From: Tubiluchus corallicola
Lineage: Eukaryota > Animalia > Priapulida
Assembly (NCBI GenBank): GCA_030141605.1
Contig: JAQGDQ010000201.1
Coordinates: 124,001-188,000 of the forward strand
DNA: 64,000 bases
Reading direction: 5' to 3'
Within the stretch, counting starts at the first letter, position 1, and each line of letters begins with the position of its first letter. The position numbers and the translations under genes were made by a program. Under the pieces are notes generated by a model that was not told the DNA's origin, made no database searches, and saw only the letters and a list, made by a program, of their open reading frames with translations. Of the stretch, positions 55,201 through 64,000 are shown piece by piece.

Positions 55201-58200
55201 GCACCGTCTCGTAAAGATATTCGCATATACACCGACTACCATATTCAACTAAACTCTAACGAGAATCAGGGCGCTGACGCTTATAATCGCAAATTTTCAA
55301 AATAACAAAAAGGCAACAACAAATTCTTTACGTCCACGACTATTTTTTATTTGCCAATATTCAATGAAAAGTCGCACTATAGTAAATAATAATAAGCTAA
55401 TAATTGATAATACATACAGTAAGCTGCTACTATGTGTTGCTATGATAACCTCCTTATCAAAAGAGACACAGAGAGACAGAGAGAGACACAGAGAGACACA
55501 GAGAGAGTCACAGAGAGACAGAGAGACAGAGAGAGTCACAGAGAGACAGAGAGAGACACATAGAGACAGAGAGAGACAGAGAGAGAGACACACAGAGACA
55601 GAGAGAGACACAGAGAGACAGAGAGAGGCACAGAGAGAGAGACAGAGAGAGACAGATGGAGACACAGAGAGACAGATGGAGACACAGAGAGACAGAGAGA
55701 GACACACAGAGACAGAGAGACACAGAGAGACAGACAGAGACAGAGAGAGAGACAGAGACAGAGACACAGAGAGAAACACAGAGAGACAGACAGAGACACA
55801 AAGAGACATAGAGAGACAGAAAGAGACAGAGAGAGACAGAGAGAGACACAGAGAGACAGAGAGAGAGACACAGAGAGACACAGAGAGACAGAGACAGAGA
55901 TAGAAACACAGAGAGACACAGAGAGACAGAGAGAGACAGACAGAGACACAAAGAGAGACAGAAAGAGACAGAGAGAGAGACAGAGAGACACACACACACA
56001 GAGAGACAGAGAGAGACACACACAGAGAGAGAGAGACAGAGAGAGACACAGAGAGACAGAGAGAGACACAGAGAGACAGACAGACACAGAAAGACAGACA
56101 GAGACAGAGAGAGAGACACAGAGAGACAGAGACAGAGATAGAAACACAGAGAGACACAGAGAGACAGACAGAGACACAAAGAGAGACAGAAAGAGACACA
56201 GAGAGACAGAGAGAGGCACAGAGACACAGAGAGAGACACAGAGAGACACAGAGAGACAGAGACAGAGAGAGAAACACAGAGAGACACAGAGAGACAGACA
56301 GAGACACAAAGAGAGACAGAAAGAGACACAGAGAGAGACACAGAGAGAGAGACAGAGAGACACACACACAGAGAGAGACAGAGAGAGACACACACAGAGA
56401 GAGAGAGACAGAGAGAGACACGGAGAGACAGACAGACACAGAAAGACAGACAGAGACAGAGAGAGACACACAGAGAGACAGAGACAGAGATAGAAACACA
56501 GAGAGACACAGAGAGACAGACAGAGACACAAAGAGAGAAACAGAGAGAGAGACACACACACAGAGACATGGAGAGACAGAGAGAGACACAGAGAGACACA
56601 GAGAGACAGAGACAGACACAAAGAGACACAGAGAGACACAGAGAGAGAGACAGAGACAGAGAGACACAGAGAGACAGAGAGAGACACAGAGAGACAGAGA
56701 CAGAGAGAGATCCAGAGAGAGACAGAGAGAGACACAGAGAGAGACACGGAGAGACACAGAGAGACAGACAGAGACAGAGAGAGACACAGAGAGACAGAGA
56801 GAGACAGAAACTGTAATTTATCGTTTCTTTTTGAAATTTGCATTTTTTTATTCAGAATTATGAATAATTCGTACAAATTTTTTCCGATTTAGGTCACATT
56901 CGAGATCGAATCTCGTCAATTTATGGACGAGCTGGCCAAAATTTTATTAATGATCTAAGTATGCCTGGTCAAGCTGTAAATAAACATATATTAATTATAC
57001 TTCAAATACCCGCCCCAGTGGAGTTATGAGAATTTTAAAACAGGGTGTCATTCAGACTGTAGCAGACACGCATCTTTCATGAGCTCATGATACCTACTGA
57101 AAGAGAATCTCAATTCATCAAACTCAATGTGGCAATAGGGCAAGACCCCTACTATATATACCACCCAGCAACTAGTCTTAGATCATTCATTTACTGCTTG
57201 TAATGATATGACAAATATAGGTCATTTTTTTACGTCAAAATGGCCAAAATCCGAAAAAAATCAAAATGGCGGCCTATCTCCGAAACGGCTCATTTTTGAT
57301 ATCTAATATTTTGGCTGTGGGGTACATCTGAGGGGATCATCCAACCCTGTAAATATGAACAAAATCGATGATTTGTCACCTTCCACTATTTTTTGACTTT
57401 TGCATGGTTTTCTCGCGGAATGACTCTTAAGTCTTTGGGATAGTAATTAGTATACTAGGAGCAGCTACGCATCATTTATTTGTAGAGTTGTTGGAAACCA
57501 ATTAAATTGGCTAAAAACGATAATAGTTTTCATTTTTCCAGAAAATAAGTAATTGGAATCTTTAGTACATGAAATAATATTTTATGCACACTATTTGAAC
57601 TTGGCAGATTTAAAATTTTTTTGTAAATTCAGCAAAAACTTTCCTACCTTAATAATTTGGTCTTCTGAAATGAGTGCATGGCTGAATGGTCATGGTGATG
57701 TGATTCACAATCAAAGTTGGGATTGTGCTGAGACTGGTCAGTGAATGGTTGGGTGAATTTGCTCTGGGTAGTTTCTTTGACATTAATTGGCAACATTGAT
57801 TCTGATCCCATCTCGCAGAGAGGGAATGTACATACAACTGAATGTGGCTAAGACACCTCTACTGGCTCAACGGCTCATCTTATAACTTAGAGGCATGTCC
57901 TTTGATAATGGATGCTCGATTCCAAATTGAAGTGCACTGAATTGTATAAAAAAATAGTTGGTGTTTCTATTCTGCATCAGGACCAAGCAATTTGCCTGAA
58001 TAGTATGTAAACTTGTGAACTATGTGTAAATGCAATCGGGCAGAATCAGGGCCTAATAGCTAATTCAAAAATAACTGTGTATACACCTGGAAGTTCTCAA
58101 AGGGTTGAAGCTGGTGTAAGAGTGAATTTATCTTTAAAAAGAAGATTTTTGATATTTTTTCAGAACGTGTTCATCGCTCACGATCTAGGTCACCGAAGCG

Positions 58201-61200
58201 ACGCCGTTCAAGGTAAAATTTAGTATTTGCATGGGTAGCAAAAATCAGACTCTTGTGCCTCTTTCCTTATAATACCCGTCGGGTACCCGATTGTTAAGAT
58301 TCAGCTGTAATGAAGAAACCGTAATCATTTATATTCACAAATAAAAACAATCGCTGGCATATTTCAACTAATTGTGTTATCTTAACAATAAACATTTAGT
58401 TATTACACGCTTAGGCCTTGAACACAAGCTATGAGCCACAAAAGTTACTGTTTTGCCACCGCACTGCCTTATCTGCCAGATTCTTAATTACTTGTGTAGC
58501 ACACTTATCAATGAATCAGCTATAGGATAGGGGTTATTATAATCTATCGTTGTTTGTGTGTGTTGTTAAACTTAACAGTCCGTTTGTTGGTATCATTGTT
58601 AGTGGCGTGAAAGCTTTTTAAATGTTAATAAAACATTTCGTTTGAACAATAAGTATCTGTTCTACAGTACAAGTGTGCCGCAGAAAGTGGTATTTAAATT
58701 TTAATTGAATTCTTAAACAATGGATATCCTATTAATAATATTGTCTGCATTTTCATTGTCGGAACCGGGTAGAAATATCAGGCTCGGGTAACAAACAATG
58801 TGAGTAAGTACCCGAGTAAGCGGGTACCTGATGAAAACGCTAGTAAAATTAAATTGTCAGAGATTGATTGACTAGATAACGTCTGTTAAATAAACAATGG
58901 GGGGGTGCTTATTAGCATCACTTAAAGTAGTTGCTAGTCACTGACTTTTATAGGAAATCCTACAGGATGGTATATATTTTGCTAAGGGTGTGCAATAACA
59001 ACGAGTAGTACTACAGAACAATGTAGTAAATCATAGTATTGTTCAAACAATAACAAATCTATCATGCTCTCAAAATTCTGGTTGGAAGCCGTGTACATTT
59101 TACAAATCTTACTGCTGTCTTCAGAGGTATGATTGAACTCATTGGAGTAGTGACTCAAAGAAGTGACTCAGTCTTCCAACAGGTCTTACTGATGTCTCAT
59201 AAACTTATCTGTTGAATACTGCTAAATCAGTGCTGATCAATGGCATGTTTTTATCTTGGCATTCACTCTCTCCTTCAAATAGTTCAAGCAATAAAATTAA
59301 TCCGCAAGTTTTCCGGTCACTGTTCCAGTCATACATTCAAGATTGCAGGCTATGCGAGATGTGTTGGGCTTTTATGCTAAACTTTGAGAACAGAAAATTG
59401 TTTGATCCTATATTGTTTCAGCAAAAGTTTGATGTAATAAAAATTTGTTACATAAAATACGTGGTATAAGGTTATCTTCTACCCTGTATAGTAGTTAGTG
59501 GTACTGTATTTTGCAATGCAAGCACAAATTATAAAGTAACTTTTCCCTTTCTCTTAAAGGTGCCTAGTTAAGGTGTTAAACCTTAAATGACTAATGGCAT
59601 GCTACTTTCTAATAAAGCTGAAACAAAACTTGTTTCTGTTATTATGGTCAATTCAGGAAAGTATGCTTGAAATTTGTTATTTTATTGCTATATTTGATTT
59701 GTGTTCTTTTTGTTGCTGCATTGCGTAGCAGACATTGTAATTTGAAAAAAACATTTATAATTGTCAATTTCTTATTGCTAGATATAACAATTTTGTGGCA
59801 CAAATGCTGAACTGTTGATTTTTCTGAACTAAAATGACTGTGTTTGCAGAAATTTATTACATATAGCTGTTTTTGTAGTGTTTCATCAATCCTAAGATCT
59901 ACAGTCAATGGTTGTTTCCCTTTGCTTCTAGATCTCCTGGCCAAAGAAGAAGTCGATCTCCATCCACAAGGAAAAATTCAAGGTTAGTTTTAAAGATCTT
60001 TTTGTGTCATCTAAGTGAAATGTAAGTTTTTTCGGGATATGACTACGCTTGGCAGCAGTTACTGAAACTCAATGTTTTAAACAGTATAAAGTAGGTTCAC
60101 ACAAGATCTGGTGCTGTCCTGTGAAAATAGCATTAGTAGGTGCATCATGTTAGAGTAGACTGTAAATAGTTGCTTCAGTAAAAATGAAACTGGTAATTTG
60201 AAGCTACTGTTACCAGCTGAATGCCTGCACACAGTTAAAGGAACAGGGTGAACAGTCTTCAATACATTTTAATCCAGGGTCATCCAGAAAAGCATGCACG
60301 GTCATCCAGAAAAACCATCACCTGCAAATTCTTCAAAAAACAAAGATAAGTGAAAAAAAGTAAAAAAATTAACAGAATAACAATGAATATGTATACTTTA
60401 TGCACAAGAAATTTAGTTGTAAGTTTCATGTTTTATTTGCCTGAACTTTTTAAAAATGTTTAAAATTGTATTTCTGTAACAAAGAAAGAATTTTTTCAAT
60501 ATTTACTGTTTTAATTAAAAAAAATCCAGTTTTTAGTATTTCTTTATCTACATAACTTATAAAACAGCCCTGATAGTCCTTTACATTTAGGTTATAGTGT
60601 GTTGGACAATATCTCAGTGAGTGTATACTACAAGTGGTTTGAGAATGGGTCAAATTTTGGCAAAATGAGGTTAATTCAGTTATTGACCAACTCGATCTAG
60701 ACTTCACAAATTATTCAAATTGTAATATTCTTTTTGTTATGGAAATACAGTTTTAAACATTGCCTTTTAAAAAATTCAGGAAAATAAAATGTAAAATTTA
60801 GAGTTAAATTTTTTCTTGTGTGTAAGGCATATATCTGTTCATTGTTATTCTGTTAAATTTTTATGCCTTTTTGGCTTGTAATCTTTATTTTATTAAAGAA
60901 TTTCCAAATAATGTTTTTTTCTGGACGACACTGTACACTTACATATATTCGAATTTCTGCATAATATGCACTCATACAAAGTTTTGCCTACAGTTTTAAA
61001 CAAAATCATTATTATCCTTATCGCTTGATAAACAGATCCACCTGAGATTGCTTATGCAGCTCATATAGTGCGCACACAGAAATGTCACAAATGTGACTAT
61101 CTAATATTTTGGAAAAAACTTGTTATTAGCTTTGATTGTGTTGTTTTTCTTCACTGGGCCTAAGCACGTCATCACTTTTTCAAAAATGAGTGCATACACA

Positions 61201-63049
61201 CCAGTGTCAAACAACTGTGATACTAACGTGATTTTACTAATTACTTTTGTTGCTAAAAATTAACATTTTTCACGAACATTGTAGTAACCCTACCTTTTTA
61301 AGAGTTTTGTCTTTTTGTTTAAAGCAGGTACAGTTTATCGATGTAGCATCACTGACAAAATTACTTGGATGCAAATACTGGCATTGTTAAACACAAAAGA
61401 GCTTGCAAAAAAGTGATTGTAATTACATTGAAAAGCAAACTGCCTAACAGGCGTCACCTTAGTGAGATAAAAGATTATAAATCATCTTATAAATAAACTC
61501 CAAAACTGTGACTCCAGTCCACTAACATTGACATGATTTCCATGTCAATAAAAAGTTATGAGGCAAATAACAACAATTTGTAAAAAATGTTTACTTTTAA
61601 GAATTGCTACAATTTTTATCAGTAAATTTTCTCTAAAATTTAAGGCAGATGTTAAAAGTAGAGTGTAGGTGGGTTAAAAATGTGACTTAGCTGACAGCGG
61701 TCCATATTGAAAAATTGTTAAGAAATCTCAAGAAGGCTGGAACCAGAAGTTCTAATTTTGTGGTGACGTTTTGTGTTCTTATAAAATTGGGGTTCTTTTT
61801 GGGCAACAGCATTGACCTGACACTGTCTTTAAATAATGTAAAGAGATCATTAACAATTTAAACAACGGAATTGCATGGCAAAATTACTGTTGTTTTACTA
61901 CAAGATCTTTGCAATATAAAACAATAAACATAACACTGTTCTATGGTAAAATGATGTTGTCTAGTACAGTGCTTGCGAGGTAAGCTTAGACCCACAACTG
62001 GTACGGAAATTTATAAAACTTCGTGGTCACTCATTAGTGCCACTGACATTCCACTTACAGGATACACCAACAGCAGGAAAGGTATCTAAGCTCCCATTAC
62101 CAATGCATACCTTGGCATGGACCCAGTGTCTATGGTAATCTATAATTATGGCCAACAAACGGTGAAGAACCTACTGCAGTTACAGTAGTTTCCAAGCACA
62201 CGAAAAGTGCACTGGAAGATATACCATGCTTATAATTAGTTTAACAATAACTGGGTAACTAGCCACTGTTTGCTTTATCATAATTCTTCATTCACTTGAA
62301 AGTTACATCATACATTCAAAAAAGCTGTATGACAAGGAGCCTGTATAGTAATAAACATTTGTTATCAAAGTGCGTATGTATGTGTGGGTATATTGCACAA
62401 GTAGCCAAAAAAACAGCAGAGTCATGGACTGTATTAAATTGGCATAAATGTTGAGTGTAAAACTGGTTATCAAATGATATTTTTAGATGCTTATGTATCA
62501 TTTTATGCTGCTGATTAGCACCATCTCAGATTTGAATGTGAGTGTGCAGTCAATTTGCTTTCCTTTCTGTTAGGGTGAGCAGTAAGCTGTTTTTAAGAAG
62601 CTTTGCTTGAAAATGCAAAAAAAAACCCTCAGTGCAAATTAGTACCATTCTACAATAGCAAAACTGTATAGCTGACTTCGCTGTAGTAGAACCCAGTGAT
62701 GTCATATAATAATTTTTAATGCTGTAGCTTCTTGAAACATATTTGAAACATGCGTAATGCCACACTGATAACAGCTAAATTTAAACATTTTTTCAGCTGA
62801 AATGATAGTATTAAAACTTCAAAGAGACAAGCTAATAAGATAACTAGGCAATTTTTGTGCGGAAGTAATTTATCCTGGAGTAATTAAATACTGACAATAA
62901 TATACAGACCATATTTTTTTGTCAGCCCAAATCAAAAGGCACCTGCAGTGCCGGAGCGACAGCTAACAAAGGCCGAAATTCAGGGTAAAACAGAAGACGA
63001 GATAGAGATGATGAAATTAATGGGATTTTCTGGATTTGAAACAACAAAG
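52265..63049 (+). CDS. SNRNP27: U4/U6.U5 small nuclear ribonucleoprotein 27 kDa protein, 3'-partial
   Basis: Phase-consistent exons 52265-52307 ([14 protein letters not shown]), 52769-52810 ([14 protein letters not shown]), 58164-58212 ([16 protein letters not shown]), 59932-59982 ([16 protein letters not shown]) and 62926-63049 (..[32 protein letters not shown]). The last matches the recalled human motif [32 protein letters not shown]. Confidence 0.93.
53899..57426. mobile_element. Non-autonomous DNA transposon, Kolobok-like (TTAA TSD, ~415-bp TIRs)
   Basis: ttaa|GAGTCATTCCG..CGGAATGACTC|ttaa. TIRs 53899-~54310 and ~57005-57426 align along their length (e.g. cccctcagatgtaccccacagccaaaatattag vs ctaatattttggctgtggggtacatctgagggg). 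TTAA plus purine-purine termini fits Kolobok rather than piggyBac (CC). Confidence 0.8.
55461..56808. repeat. ~1.35-kb compound GA/GACA microsatellite (GAGAGACA-type) with higher-order blocks
   Basis: The plus strand is almost exclusively A/G/C. This repeat explains the long low-complexity ORFs at 55297-56876. Confidence 0.97.
58221..58842. mobile_element. hAT-like MITE with 8-bp TSD GTAAAATT
   Basis: gtaaaatt|TAGTATTTGCATGGGTA...TACCTGATGAAAACGCTA|gtaaaatt; TAG..CTA termini; subterminal TACCCG/CGGGTA repeats at both ends. Confidence 0.7.
60275..60933. mobile_element. Degenerate Tc1/mariner-like MITE with ~220-bp TIRs
   Basis: 60275-~60500 is the inverted complement of ~60710-60933 (gtcatccagaaaaa/tttttctggacgac; ttaacagaataacaatgaa/ttcattgttattctgttaa); right end is CACTG|TA. 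Confidence 0.7.
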
Positions 63050-64000
63050 GTAGGTAGTTTAAGATGTGTTTCTCATTTCTAAGCCTAATATTTGTGAAAG
63101 GTTTCTCTATTCTGCAACATGAGTTGCACCACTGGTTATACTAGTTCATCATTACTTATCATCATCAATCAGATTATTCTATTTTGTATGCTATTTACGT
63201 AAACAGTTTGGGTGGCCCATGCGTTTTGTGGCATTTTTGCCATGTATGGGTCTCCCAGCCCAAATCAGTATGTAAATTATAAATGAAATATAATATTTCA
63301 TAATTGTGATGTGAGTCGCATAAAAATTAAAAAAAAAGTTAAAGTTACGGTTTCCAAGTACATAGTAGTATGAAATTCTTATATGTACAGCAATATTAGC
63401 AGATTCCTTAGTTGCAGTTTCGCTGTATCATGAAAAGCTAAAAATAAAAAAAATAAATGAGTGATTCATATGCCAGACCCACAGATTCCATTGCATTTCA
63501 GGGCTACTATGGAAGGTGAAACAAGGTATCACGTGAACCTTAAATAATCACGTCTTAATTGGATGATCAATCCTCTCATTTTAATGATGATCTTCTCTTC
63601 TTCTTGGTCATGAACAAATAAAATAATTCAGCCTTATTTTCTTGACCTGACATACATGAAAACATAGAAGTTTATCCTCCTGTGCAGAGACATGGAATAA
63701 TAATGGCTGTGTGCTTGAGCTGAAATGTGTGAAACTGTCAAAGTCCATCTTCAATAAAAGAAACACATGAAATTATTAAGACTCATGTGTTAAATAGATA
63801 AGCATAAAATGATTAAAGTTCATTTTTTGAGGCGGACATAGTTAAATAGTTAAATTTCCAAATAATTTTGACATGATTCTTATTAACAATAATTGGAACA
63901 ATAAACAAAAATCCTATAAAAAGAGTTAAAAAGCGTGGTGCTCCGCTACTCGGGTCAGCATTGAATCTTTGAATGAAGTTTTTTAATTCAGATTCTATTC

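Noticed and set aside
55297-56876. Long ORFs of 179-496 aa (SLCVS and ETQRDR repeats)
   Set aside because: They are translations of the GA/GACA microsatellite, which lacks stop codons in most frames.
56893-56920. Arg/Ser-coding-like stretch after tttag as an extra SNRNP27 exon
   Set aside because: Lies inside the transposon, has no good donor, and its phase does not fit the flanking exons.
346-63049. Remaining 60-110-aa ORFs in the track
   Set aside because: Intronic or antisense chance ORFs in AT-rich DNA, or partial overlaps with exons already assigned.

Overview
AT-rich, intron-containing animal (invertebrate-like) genomic DNA; most ORFs in the supplied track are spurious or are exon fragments. 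(1) 3672-41871 (+): 34 frame-consistent GT-AG exons of an RH/RGS-RhoGEF of the RhoGEF2/ARHGEF11/ARHGEF12 type (PDZ tail, coiled coil, RH domain, C1, DH, PH, long acidic tail). Its 5' end lies upstream of the window, and it has two apparent alternative last exons. (2) About 44.1-45.4 kb (-): candidate exons of a convergent gene with weak caspase-like features, interrupted by a 100-N gap. (3) 44584-51459: a near-identical 3438-bp tandem duplication next to the gap (recent duplication or assembly artefact). (4) 52265 to beyond 63049 (+): SNRNP27 (U4/U6.U5 27K), 3' end outside the window. Introns carry several non-autonomous DNA transposons: a TTAA-flanked Kolobok-like element with ~415-bp TIRs holding a 1.35-kb GA-rich repeat, hAT MITEs with 8-bp TSDs (one duplicates a splice donor), and Tc1/pogo-like MITEs. 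There is also a tRNA-like cloverleaf and a tRNA-SINE. No prokaryotic-type system (CRISPR, operon) is present. All family assignments come from manual reading and recalled motifs, not database searches.
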